Shown: one piece after another, positions 28,120 through 46,542 of the stretch | Numbering within the stretch: the first letter of the stretch is position 1 | Layout of the letters: every line of letters begins with the position of its first letter | Source of the DNA: the human T2T-CHM13v2.0 reference genome, Homo sapiens | Direction: 5' to 3' (one strand) | Assembly: GCF_009914755.1 (NCBI RefSeq) | Contig: NC_060939.1 | Length of the DNA stretch: 64,000 nucleotides | The notes under the pieces: generated by a model | What the model was told of the DNA's origin: nothing | The model's database searches: none | The model's input: only the letters and a program-made list of their open reading frames with translations | Translations under genes and position numbers: made by a program

Positions 28120-28328
28120 CATGGTTTCTCAACTCTGGCACTACTGACATTTTGACCAGATAATTCTCTGCTGTAGGGAGCTGTCCTATGCATTAGAGGA
28201 TGTTTAGCAGCATTCCTGACCTCTATCCACTAGATGCCAGTACCACCTCCCACAGTCATGACAACTAAAGAAATTTCTAGATATTGACAAATGTTCTGGG
28301 GGGAGGATCATACTGATAGGGAACCAGA
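28120..28328 (+). mobile_element. MER20 (hAT-Charlie)
   Basis: ggtttctcaactctggcactactgacattttgaccagataattctctgctgt...gatgtttagcagcattcctgacctctatccactagatgccagta. Confidence 0.88.
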
Positions 28329-29233
28329 GATAAACAATGGAATGATAATTTTCTTCATAAAGGCTGTTTAAATAAGATATGGAAGATAATACAAACTATC
28401 ATTCTTTGCACTCATTTGCGAATCATTTTTAGGTCATCAGATGACCTTTTAATATTTTATCTGAAAAGCAGCAGCAGAAGCAGACCACCACCACCAGTGC
28501 ACCTAAAGGTAATGTGTAACCTAGAAAGAAGAAATGAACCAATGAACCAATGGATGATGCAAAAAGTCTTAACAGTAAAAAATGAGCTAAGGTAGCCTCA
28601 GTACTCTGCTATGTATATTACTCATGCATGGTAACTGTTAGAATTCTTAGGCTATCTTGAAATCTTTTATTTCAATGCTACAAAGTCAGACTCTTCATTT
28701 TTCTTCCTATTCTTATCTGAAAAAGAAAAGTTTCCTGTATCACAGAGATCAAGAATACTTACCACTATTTATTGAGCATTTTGTAAATACAAGGGATTTT
28801 ACTTAATTAAGCAGATCTCCAAAAAACTTAAGGAAATAAGACAAAACAGATTCAGGAACGTTAAATAAAACACCGAGAGCCACAAAGGAAGCTGAGGGAT
28901 TCCTGAGATCTACCAAAGGGTCATCACCATCACATCCCAAAAGGCCTAGGTTTTACTTATAAATCTTCTAGTTTATAAAAAGGCCAGATTTGCAATAATA
29001 TTAAAAACTGAGATCTCAGCATTTAATAGCATAATCTTAAACGTGTAAAGAACACATAGTACTTTTCAGAAAGTGTTATTTTTCATTATAAAAGAAACGT
29101 AAGTGGCGGGACACAGTGGCTCATGCCTGTAATCCTAGCACTTTGGGAGGCCGAGGTGGGCAGATGACCTGAGGTCAGGAGTTTGAGACCAGCTTGGCCA
29201 AAATGGCAAAACCCCATCTCTACTAAAAATTTA

Positions 29234-29371
<138 letters not shown>

Positions 29372-29706
29372 TCACTCTGTCTCAAAAAAAAAAAAAGAAA
29401 GAAACATATGGGCTGGGCACAGTGGTTCATGCCTATAATCTTAGCATTTTGGGAGGCTGAAGCGGAAGGATAGCTTGAGCTCAGGAATTTCAGACCAGCC
29501 TGGGCAACATAGTGAGGTCCTATCTCTATTAATGAGAAAAAAAAATTAGCTGGATGTGATGACACGGGCCTGTGGTCCCAGCTACTCAGGAGGCTGAAGT
29601 GGGAGCATCGCTTGAGCCTGGGAGGTCAAGGCTGCAGTCAGCCATAACTGTGCCACCACATTCCAGCCTCGGCAACAGAAACATATGATCATTGTAGATC
29701 ATCTAA

Positions 29707-29901
<195 letters not shown>

Positions 29902-30419
29902 TAGTAGAGACGGGGTTTTGCCATGTTGGCCAGGCTGGTCTTGAACTCCTGACCTCAGGTGATCCGACTGCCTTGGCCTCCCAAAGTGCTGGGATTACAG
30001 GCGTGAGTCACCGCGCCCAGCCTTAAATAGCCCATTTTTTAAAAGATTGGTTGTAATAATGATGTATATAATGAATATCATCATATTATCATAATGACGT
30101 GTATCTGTAATAATGATTCACATCAAAACAAATGCAAAGGTAAAGATTAGCTAGGTGTTCAAGCAATGAACAAGTAACTAATGGATGAACATCCCCAAAC
30201 ACTTCAGTCCTAAAGTCACAGATGACTTTTTTAGAACCTGCCCAGAAATTACTGTAGAAATAAATTCTGGCTTCAGAATAATTCAATAAACTTACCTGTG
30301 CTACCTACACTGAAAAAAGTGACAAGTACTGTGCCGGTATGTTGTGGATGGATTTGGTATTTCAGAGGAAACTGGTACATACTACAGAAACGGCCTTTCC
30401 CAAAGGAAAAATGAAATGC

Positions 30420-30766
<347 letters not shown>

Positions 30767-30902
30767 TCATCTCTAATCTACTGTTTCGGTCTTACCATTT
30801 TATAGTTTGGACCTAAGAGATCAGCAATCCTTAATAAATAAGGTTTCCCATGAGTTCTGGAGCTTCTCTGCCTCCTGTTCGCACCCTCCATGTCCATGTT
30901 TA

Positions 30903-31055
<153 letters not shown>

Positions 31056-33332
31056 CTAACTGGGCATGGTGGTGTGGTGGTGCACGCTTTTAGTCCCAGC
31101 TTCTTGGGAGGCTGAGGTAGGAGGATTCCTTGGGCCAGGGAGGTCAAGGCTTCAGCAAGCCATGATCATGCCACTGCACTCCAGTCTGGGTGACAGAGTG
31201 AGACCTTGTCTCAAAAAAAAAAAAAAAAACAAAACAAAAAAAAAACAACCTAATGCTGGATGGACACAGTGGCTCATGTCTGTAATCCTAGCACTTTGGG
31301 AGGCCGAGGCTGGAAGACTGCTTGAACACAAGAGTTCGGGACCAGCCTAGGCAAGAAAGCAATACCCCCATCTCTTTAGAAAAAAAAAAAAATGTGCCAG
31401 GCATGGTGGTACATGCTTGTAGTTCCAGCCACTATAGAGGCTGAGGAAGGAGGACCACTTGGGACCAGGAGTTTCAGGCTGCAGCGAGCTAGGATCAAGC
31501 CACTGCACTTCAGCCTGGGCAACAGAACAAGACCCTGTCTCTTACTAAAAAAATTTTAAAAAGTGAACCAAACGCTTAAGAAGCTAACTCGGTTAGGTTC
31601 CTAAGGGGCCTTTTCAAAATCAGATATAAAAGGGCTGATGCCAGGCCCTCCAGCACTGAGAAGTGTAGGCTAAACTACCTTTTCTAGGAACATCTTCCCT
31701 TATTCTAGAAGAATAGGAATAGAAAACAGTGGTTATTTTAGTGGTCAGGAAGAGCAACCAAGATCTCGCATGGAGGTGTGCTTAGGGGGAAAATGTTAAA
31801 ATAATTGATTAGGAAAAAGAAAGTACGAGAATTGTCTGATATACCAAGGCAGGATGGTAGACAGAAGCAGTGAAATGGCTGATATTACACTAGAGGTTGT
31901 ATCTGAACAAATAATCAGGGTTAGGTTCTATGACTTCTAATCTTGGCACTGCAATGGACCAGCCACACTGCCGTAAAATGGGGCTTAATATTTAGAAAAT
32001 AAAGTTTAAGTACTCCAAAATTACTATGTCTTTTCCAAGACAATAAAGGCATAAAAGTCAGAAAATGAAACTAAAATATACTCACAATGAGTCTTAACTT
32101 TTACCTCTTTAAAACAGTTTAGCTCCTGGCCAGGCATGGTGGCTCACGCCTGTAATCCCAGCACTTTGAGAGGCCGAGGCGGGCTGATCACCTGAGGTCA
32201 GGAGTTCAAGAGCAGCCTGGCCAATAAGCTGAAACCCCATCTCTACAAAAAATACAAAAATTAGCTGGGCGTGGTGGCGGGCACCTGTAATCCCAGCTAC
32301 TTGGGAGGCTGAGGCTGGAAAATCGCTTGAACCCAGGAGGCGGAGGTTGCAGTGAGCGGAGATAGTGACAAGAGTGAAACTCCATCTCAAAAAAAAAAAA
32401 AAAAAAACAGTTCAGCTCCTTTCTAAAGGAGGGTCTTTTCAATTCATTCATAAGTACTAGGTTGGGTTCCTTAGAGAAAACCTCCAGGCCACTTAATATT
32501 CACAAAACTAAAGTCCAAGACCCTTGTGCTCAGAATTTTTTTTTTGAGATGGATTCTCGCTTTGTCACCAGGCTGGAGGGCAGTGGCGCGATCTCAGCTC
32601 ACAGCAACCCCTGCCTCCCGGTTCAAGCAATTCTCCTGCCTCAGCCTCCCGAGTAGCTGGGACTACAGGTGAGCGCCACCACTCCCAGCTAATTTTTGTA
32701 TCTTTACTAGAGACGGGATTTCATCATGTTGGCCAGGATGGTCTTGATCTCTTGACCTTGTGATCCACCCGCCTCGGCCTCCCAAAGTGCTGGGATTACA
32801 GGCATGAGCCACACCACACCCAACCAGAAATTTTTAATACAGCAAAATTCTCACATCCAAATGAGGTTTTACCTAATTGTTACTTACAGTATCATAAACT
32901 ATCAGCAATAATGAAAATAATAAGAGTTCTTCACCTTTCCTTCCTTCTTTGTCTCTGTAGAAGACCTCAATTTAACATCATAAATCATTTGGTCCTTGAC
33001 GTATGGTAACTTCCAGGGAGACAGATGACATTTAGCACAGGACATGTAAGACTGTGGGAAAAGGGAAGTTCTTGGCCGCAAGAAATGGGACAAAACCCTT
33101 GCCTTTGGGAAAAATGCCAAAGATCTCTGAAGTCCACGCTAAAGCAGTTAAATTTTTAGCTTTAAAAGATTCCATTACAAAAATCCAAACCAGACTGGGC
33201 ACAGTGGCTCATGCCTGTAATCCCAACACTTTGGGAGGCCGAGGCAGGAGGATTGCTTGAGCTTAGGAGTTCGTGACCAGCCTGGGCAACATGGTAAAAC
33301 CCCCCTCTACAAAAAATATAACAAATTAGTCA

Positions 33333-33530
<198 letters not shown>

Positions 33531-33672
33531 CTACACTATAAAAATGCAAGATAATAATTTTCTGGAATTCATAAGAACCTGTACTAGGTGATGGTCCCCA
33601 GGGTGGATATGAATATTTTTTCCCCTTGTAATTGGCTTAAGCTAACATGGTTCTAAAATTTTTCGCTATTCA

Positions 33673-33960
<288 letters not shown>

Positions 33961-34095
33961 TCAAAAAGAAAAAAACAAAAAACAATGATGAATATCATAA
34001 TAATGGCTAACTTTTCTGACTACTTATTATATAAGCATTGGGCTAAGTGCTCTACATGCATCTCCTTATTAATCCTCACAACATTGTAAGGTCTA

Positions 34096-34302
<207 letters not shown>

Positions 34303-34835
34303 TTAAAAAATGAAATAAAATAAATTGGTGGTGGCTCACGCTTGTAATCCCAGCACTTTGGGAGGCAGAGGCAGGTGGATCACGAGGTCAGGATATAGAG
34401 ACCATCATGGCCAACATGGTGAAACCCCATCTCTACTAAAATATAAAAATTGGCCAGGCATGGTGGTGCATGCCAGCAGTCCCAGCTGCTTGGGAGGCTG
34501 AGGTAGGAGAATCGCTTGAACACAGGAGGTGGAGGTTGTGCCATTGTGCTCCAGCCTGGTGACAGAGCAAGACTCCGTCTCAAAAAACTAAATAAAAAAT
34601 AAAAATAAAACTATTAACAGAAACATAAGTACTTTCGAAAACTACTCTATTATCCTATCAATCATCACTGGGATATCCATGCAAAACCAAAATACCCTGA
34701 ACAGCTATAATTATACAGAATTTTAATCTAGTGAGAGTTCTAGTTAAGAGTCTTGGCAGGGTGAGATGGCTCACACCTGTAATCCCAGCACTTTGGGCTG
34801 CTGAGGCACGTGGATTACCTAAGGTCAAGAGTTCA

Positions 34836-35033
<198 letters not shown>

Positions 35034-35253
35034 TCAAAACACAATAACATAATGACAATGAAGATTAATACTTATATGTAGAAATTGTCCTTCACACTGC
35101 CAAACTGCCAGCCCATTAAGAAAGGCTTTTACGGCCAGGCATGGTGGCTCATGCCTGTAATCCGAGCACTTGGGGAGGCCAAGGCAGGCTGATCACTTGA
35201 GATCAGGAGTTGGAGACCAGACTAGCCAACATGGTGAAACCCCATCTCTACTA

Positions 35254-35409
<156 letters not shown>

Positions 35410-36369
35410 TCAAAAAAAAAGAAAAAAAGAAAGAAAGAAAAAGAAAGGCTTTCACAAGCCTTCTTGTGCAAAAGAACAAGAAGATATAAAGAAAATAAAA
35501 TTTTATTGTAGTTGTGACCACACCTTGAAATGGAGAGTTGACAACTCTGTTTTAAGGAACAAATTTTTTTCCTATAGTAATTTCATCATAATTTCTTGCA
35601 CAGAGTATACAGTATGTTTCCTCTGGCAATACACAGCTGAGTAAAGGTTTTCTGTATCTTTTCATCTGTACTTTTCAAACTATATTTTAAGAAGCATTAA
35701 CAAAACCAAACACATATATCAATACCAAAACCCACAAAATTAGCTATTTTATACCCACTTAGGCACCTAAGTAAATTGGCTAATGGCTTCATGGGAAGTA
35801 ATGTAGTGTAAAAGAGGAAACACTGGCAGTGAAGGCAGAAAACCTAGACCTGGGTGGAAATCATGGCTACATCACTTGTTAACTATGTGACCTTGGGCAA
35901 TTTCCTTCTCTCAGTCTGAGTTTTCTTATTTGCAAAGTGAGGGTAGTAATTCCAATCTTGGGAGGGACGATTAATTGCATGTGAAATGCCCACCACAGAG
36001 CCTGACTGAAAGCAGGAGTTTAGAAAAGATACTGTTACGATTGTTATTCATATAAGCTCCTTAAAAGCAAAAACATCATATTTGTCCTCGTAGCCCAATT
36101 GTAGGCTTTATAATTATTGAGGAGCTGAAAAACAAGAAACACCAAAGTTACAAATGAGGATTTGTATCCGTTCAACACATGCCTAGACAGAAAATGAGAC
36201 TAAGTAATCATGACTTTCAAAAACTATATCAATGCATACACAGCATATAAATCAAAGTATATATTGCCATTTGATGGGGAAAAAAATCAAAATATGTAAT
36301 GTGCTTATTTTTAAGCCACTCTGAAAGAAGATGATGCTGCCTGTATACAAATCAAGAGTACAACTACTC

Positions 36370-37300
36370 TTCATTCATTCTGCAAGTATTTCCGTAAGTG
36401 CCAGTCATTATGTCAGTCATTATGCTAGGCAATGTGCATATGATGGGGAGCAAAAGCGAAAATAATCCCAACCCTCATAGAGCTTGCTTGCAGTCATGTA
36501 ATCACACAAATAAGTGTTAACTTGTGATAAGTGATGTGAATGACAGGTAAATGGTGCTCTGAGAACCTATTAGGTTAGAATCTAATCTAACTGAAATCAA
36601 GGAAGGCCTTCCAAGGAGGTGAAACCTGAGAGCTGAAGGATGAAGAGGAGGTTAACAAAGGGGGGTGTTTCCAGATGGAGGAAAGCAGCTCCTGCAAAGA
36701 CCCTGTAAGCAGGAGGAAACAAGGAAAGAAGGCAGGACTATAAGGCCAGTGTGCATGGAGCAGAGACAAGTGTGAGAACTAGCTAGGGCCTAGGCTGCTC
36801 AAGGGCCTAGATATATAGCCTACATTCAAAAGTTGCAATTTGATCTCAAGAGCAATGACAAGGCCTGTAATCCTAAGGCTTTGGGAGGCTGAGGCAGGAG
36901 GACGGCTTGAACCCAGGAGGTTGAGGCTGTAATGAGCCGTGATTACACCACTGGACTCCAGCCTGGGTGACAAAGTGAGATCCTGTCTCCACAAAAAAAA
37001 AAAAAAAAGGCAACCAGAAGCCACTAAAGAGTTTTATGAATGCTTCTTTGCGGGGCAGGCAGGCTGAGGGGAAGATGAAATCAGATTTTCAACAGGACTC
37101 TGGCTTCTGGATTCTGGAATATGGATGGACCAGGTGGGAAACAAAAGTCCTGTCAGGATAGGATAGTAGCTTCGAATAGGGTGATGGCAGTGATGGTGGA
37201 AGGAAGCCAATGAATTCAAGAGATATTCAGGAAAATCTAACACTGTATTGTACACAAGGGCAGAGGGACAGCAGTGTCCAAGACTTCTGGGTTTCTGATT
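36370..37300 (-). mobile_element. L2 LINE relic with an internal Alu monomer
   Basis: tcattcattc...caaggaaggccttccaaggaggtgaaacctgagagctgaaggatga...gcaaagaccctg, typical antisense L2a. Confidence 0.8.
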
Positions 37301-37459
37301 CATATGACTGTACAGAAGGAGATACCACTCAGGAGGTATTCTGCTTCAGAAATATTTTTAAGGAGCCAGGCGCGGTGGCTCACGCCTGTAATCCCAGCAC
37401 TTTGGGAGGCTGAGGTGGGTGAATTGCCTGAGGTCAGGAGTTCGAGACCAGCCTAGCTA

Positions 37460-37976
<517 letters not shown>

Positions 37977-38341
37977 GAAAAGAAATATCTTTAAGGCTGT
38001 TCACACAGGCCAAAAAGGGCCTAACTGCACTACACTTTTGCATGAAAATGTGTAAACCGAATTTGATCCCCTACTTTAAATAAGGCTCTAAAAGATTTTT
38101 TGCTATTTACAGAAATCAAACTGACTCTCAAAAGTACAAGGATTTTCCTACACTGAAGAAATTTCAAAGATTCTGCCACAAGCTTCTAAATCAACTCCAA
38201 ATAAATGTTAAATTGGTTTGAGCAATAGGGCAGCATTACGGAGTGAATGTGTCAGTTCCCATGAGGACCACTTTGATAAGGCTAACACTTATGTACTGCT
38301 GTTTAATTTTAATATTTTAAATAAATCTTAAGAGTACCCTT

Positions 38342-39561
<1,220 letters not shown>

Positions 39562-41417
39562 GAGAGTACTCTTATGTGATATTAAACTAAAATATGGTAA
39601 CATTAGGCATTACCATAATTAGAACTATACTGCTTTTGTTTCAATATTTTGAAATGCTTGTAAAAAAATAATATTTTGTAGAAAAAAGAGATAAGATTTT
39701 AAAAACACACACACACACAATCTCTTGACTTTAATAAACATTTTGCCGTTTCCATCCTAGTCCTTGTTAATGCCCATCACATTCAATTCAGGGTAAAAGA
39801 TAAGGTTTTTACTAGTTAAACACATCTGTATATATGTGTATGCACTATGTACAAAGTAAAGCCAATACCATGTCAATACTATCAATACTTTAATATTTAC
39901 TTTTCCTGGTTTTAGTTTTCAAATTTGCAACGGATGCTATTTGCATAGAATACTGATGGCTTTAAGTCTTAAAAACAGAAATCTGACTGACCCAAGGAAA
40001 AGGATGAAAGAAAGAGATTTTGTCCCTTTAAAATCAGCCAACACATCCTATCTTAGTACTGAAGTACTTCCCAATTCTGGCAGAATGGGCTCCTTGGCCA
40101 CCTGCTTGCACTAGGGTCTGACTAGCATTTTATTAACATCCAACTGCAGTTACCAGGACATTCATTACCACTGCTTGTACAAAGCAGAATTCTTTTTAAA
40201 TTTTTTTCCCATACAGATTTCATCACCAGGTGTCAAAAGACAAAACCGTGGCCTGAGGCCAAATAGAAAAATGTCATCTCCACAAATAAGGAGAAAAGAC
40301 AAGGACTTTAAAAAATCAGGTCAACAAGCCCATTAGCCAATAATAGTTTGTAAAACTGGACTGTCTTCACACTAGAGGCTGTGCTAGCAAATGTGGTCCT
40401 TGGAAACAAGAGCTGTAGAGCTTGAAATGGGTTGCCAGCATGGTTTGCCTTTTTCTTTTTTCATGTTTATTTTTATTTTTTTTATTTATAACATGGAATC
40501 AGACTATGACTATAATCGAGCATAGCTATGGCGGGGTATGGGCAGTGCCAAGGAAGAGACAGCGAAAAGCCCGTAGGGTTCCCAGTCTAAGCTAGCAGAC
40601 CTTCCCATCTTCCTCAGGAGTGGTCCCTGTCTCCGCAGCTGGAATGTGCGGGAGGGAAAGTTACAAGGGCCCCCAAAATGAGACAGCAAACCACTTCCTT
40701 CTGAAAACTAAAGGTCATAGGCTTTTAAGGAACAATAGAGCTCAATGTAAGCTTCAGAAAGATGGAGACAGTCAGATGAGACGAGGGTAGGGAAGCGCGG
40801 GTGAGGAGATGCGCCCCGTCTGGGATAGCTGAATAGGGGGGTCAAGGCCAGGGACTTTAGGAACACGAGAAGGGCTGGATCTTCCATAACCTGCCCAAGT
40901 GGGCCTGAGAAACCTAAGAGGCTCCTCTGAAAATCTAGGGCATCTATGCATCCAATACTCTCAGCCCTCTCCTCGGGAAGGGAGATAATCCCCACAGGAA
41001 GCACCCCCCAAACTGGGGCTTTTCCTGCCCTTCAAAAGCCACAAACCCTCACGGAAAACATTTACAAGGGAGTGGAAGGGCCGGGGGCAAGCAGCGGTTC
41101 TGCAAATCTCGGGAAGAAGGCCCCTGGATCCAAGGAACTTTGCCCCTGGAATAGGGGGTGGGGTGCGGAGGGCACCGTCTGAGGCTGGTAAGCCTCGGCG
41201 AAAGAAGCGGCGGGAACGGGAGTAGGGTCCCGTGGGTCCCCCGACGAGGGGGTGGCGGCCTGGGGCGCGGTCGCCGGTGAGGGAGGCCCGCGAGCCGGGC
41301 ACGGGAGCGGGGGGCTGCGGCCCCGTGGCTGCAAAGAGCCGGCACTCGGGAGGCAGAGGCCGGCGTAGGCCTCGGGGGCCCGGACACACCCAACGCGGCG
41401 GCCTCGGGCCCGCTTAC

Positions 41418-41480
41418 CTGCTCCTCCTCCGGGGTCAGCTCCGGCGCCATGTCGGGCCGGGGCGCGGTCGCGGGCTCCAT
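41418..41480 (-). CDS. PTPN9: PTPN9 (PTP-MEG2, tyrosine-protein phosphatase non-receptor type 9) coding exon 1, 21 codons
   Basis: Translates MEPATAPRPDMAPELTPEEEQ, the recalled N-terminus of PTPN9. Kozak gggATGG; phase-0 donor CAG|GTAAGC at 41418/41417. Confidence 0.97.
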
Positions 41481-41568
41481 CCCCCCGCCACCGCCGCCGG
41501 GCGGACAAAACTCGCTCGCGAGCGCGGGAGCCCGGCGCGCTCGGCCTCCGCTTCCGCGTCCCCGCGCC

Positions 41569-41595
41569 TCAGCAGCCCGGGGCCGGCTCGCGCAT
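41569..41595 (-). other. Upstream AUG ORF (MREPAPGC*) in the PTPN9 5' leader
   Basis: ATG at 41595-41593 (actATGc), TGA at 41571-41569, ending 88 nt before the main ATG. Confidence 0.6.
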
Positions 41596-42205
41596 AGTGT
41601 GGCCGGCAGGGCCCGGCGCCTGCAGCGGCCGCAAACGCCGCTTCTGCTTCCTTAAGAAAAATCTCTCCGAACTGCCGCTCTCTTCCGGGAGGAAATCCTT
41701 TTTTATATTATTCGCTCCGTTCCTCACACTCCCCCTTATCTCCTGGGGAAGAAAAAGTGCAGGCGAAGAGCTAACAGCCACTCGGGATTTAAAAGGAAAT
41801 AGGAAATCAGGAACTTTTAGAGCCGGGAGCGAAGGGTCGGCGGAAATTTCCCGAAGGCCGCCGACCCCCTCGGCGCCCCGCTTCCTCGGCCGCGCTCCCG
41901 CTCCTCCACAGCGCCACAGAGCTCGGGGCCGCCCAGCCGGGCCGTCCTCGCGGACGCTGGCCCTGCGACCTGCGCGGCTGCCTCAGCCAGGCTCCTCGCG
42001 GGCGGCCGCAGCGAAAGGGAGGGAGTGGAGAGGGAGCGAGGGAAACGCGCCCCCCTCCTGACTCACGGCCAACGCTGCGGCCGCCCCGCGGCCGCCCGAG
42101 CCCCCCGCGGCTCCATTGAGAAACTGAGCGTCTCATTCACAAGCTGGCGGCGAGGAGGGCCCGGCGGAGCGAGGACGCAGTCCGGGAGGGGGAGACAGAG
42201 AGGAG

Positions 42206-42260
42206 CCCGGGCGGGGGAGGGGACCGGGAGGGGGAGGGGACCCGGGCGGGGAGGGGACCC
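42206..42260 (+). promoter_or_regulatory. G-quadruplex-forming / Sp-KLF-MAZ GC-box triple repeat
   Basis: Three copies of (c)cgggMggg(g)gaggggac, giving nine G3+ tracts with short loops. Confidence 0.75.
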
Positions 42261-42833
42261 TAGCTGGACGGAAGGCAACTCGACTGCGGGAGGGAGAAAA
42301 AGGAAGAAAAGAGTATTTCGTGAGGCTCAGATCCTCGGAGGAGGAGGAGAATACGTTCGTTTGCAAATTATCTGCTGACTGGCACCTCTCCTGGGGTTAA
42401 CTTGCCGCTGCCACCTACGCGTGAGAAACCCACAATCCTCAACTATTTGTCGCTTGCAGCCTGAAAGACCCTGGAAAGGTTGCCTGCCAGGCCAGGATGC
42501 TTAGGTGGAAGGAATCGCACCTGCCTCCCTCTCTCTCCCTCCTTACTGGCTGCACCCTGTAATTCATCTCCAGTGTCGCTAATTTTAATCCCCCATAGAA
42601 ACGACATCAGACTCCGAACATCATTCAGGAATGACGCGGCCTTTGCAGACCTTTGATTTTCACTAGGGCAAGTGCAGCAAAGGGTTCAGGATTAGGGGTA
42701 CAGTCTTGGAGTCATTTGGGGAGGAATGGGGCATAGAGAAGGCAAGGCTGGGTCTGGTACGTTGTTGCATTATTCCAAGCCAAAGATAAATATTCCAAAG
42801 GGACCCAAAGTCCACAACTAGTTCCAAGGCTGA

Positions 42834-43424
<591 letters not shown>

Positions 43425-43475
43425 TAGTAGAGACGGGCTTTCACCATGTTAGCCAGGATGGTCTCAATCTCCTGA

Positions 43476-44795
<1,320 letters not shown>

Positions 44796-44853
44796 CTGGG
44801 CTCAGGCGATCTTCCTGCCTCAGCCTCCCAAAGTGCTGGGATTACAGGTGTGA

Positions 44854-45055
<202 letters not shown>

Positions 45056-45346
45056 TAGTAGAGATGGGGTTTCACTGTGTTGGCCAGGCTGGTCTCAAAC
45101 TCCTGACCTCAGGCAATCCACCCGCCTCAGCCTGCCAAAGTGTTGGCATTACAGGCATGAGCCACCATGCCCGGCTCCTTCTAGGATTTTAAAAACAATC
45201 CCTGACCTCAACTAATTTCTGCATTAATGCAATAGGAACTTCAGGCTGCCCTTGGTAAGAATCAGAGACGATATCCTTGGTATTTGAATCTTTATCTCAG
45301 CTAGGATATTTTCTCCTTTGCATCAATACAGCTGACTGGAGGTTGA

Positions 45347-45529
<183 letters not shown>

Positions 45530-45532
45530 TGA

Positions 45533-45763
<231 letters not shown>

Positions 45764-46143
45764 TGATGAATTTTTTTATTTTATTTTTTGAGACAGGGTC
45801 TCACTCTGTTGCCCAGGATAGAGTGCAACAGCACAATCCTGGCTCACTGCAACCTCTACTTCCTGGCTCAAGCGATCCTCCAGCCTCAGCCTCCCAAATA
45901 GCTGGGACTATAGGTGCGTGCCACCAGGCCTGGCCCATTTTTATATTTTTTGTAGAGATGGGGTTTTGCCACATTGCCCAGGCTGGTCTCAAACTCCTGA
46001 GCTCAAAGCAATCCACCCACCTCAGCGTCCCAAAGTGCTAGGATTACAGGCGTAAGCCACTGCACCCGGCCAGATGAATTTTCATAAACTGAACACACTC
46101 GTGTCTGTGCCCAATGCACAGATCAACAAATAGAATATTCTGA

Positions 46144-46542
<399 letters not shown>

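Larger units (their letters stand above)
41100..42420. promoter_or_regulatory. PTPN9: CpG island / PTPN9 promoter and first exon
   Basis: Sharp rise in GC and CpG density, free of repeats, surrounding the PTPN9 ATG; GC boxes at ~42208-42258. Confidence 0.95.

Noticed and set aside
41049-41480. 143-aa ORF starting at the PTPN9 ATG
   Set aside because: Only the first 21 codons are exon; the rest is read-through past a consensus donor into GC-rich, stop-poor intron.
41513-41524. Palindrome CGCTCGCGAGCG resembling the TCTCGCGAGA promoter motif
   Set aside because: Outer bases mismatch the motif, and short CG palindromes are common in CpG islands.
40961-42378. Several 100-150 aa Pro/Arg/Gly-rich ORFs on both strands
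   Set aside because: Expected from stop-codon scarcity in a CpG island; no recognisable protein.
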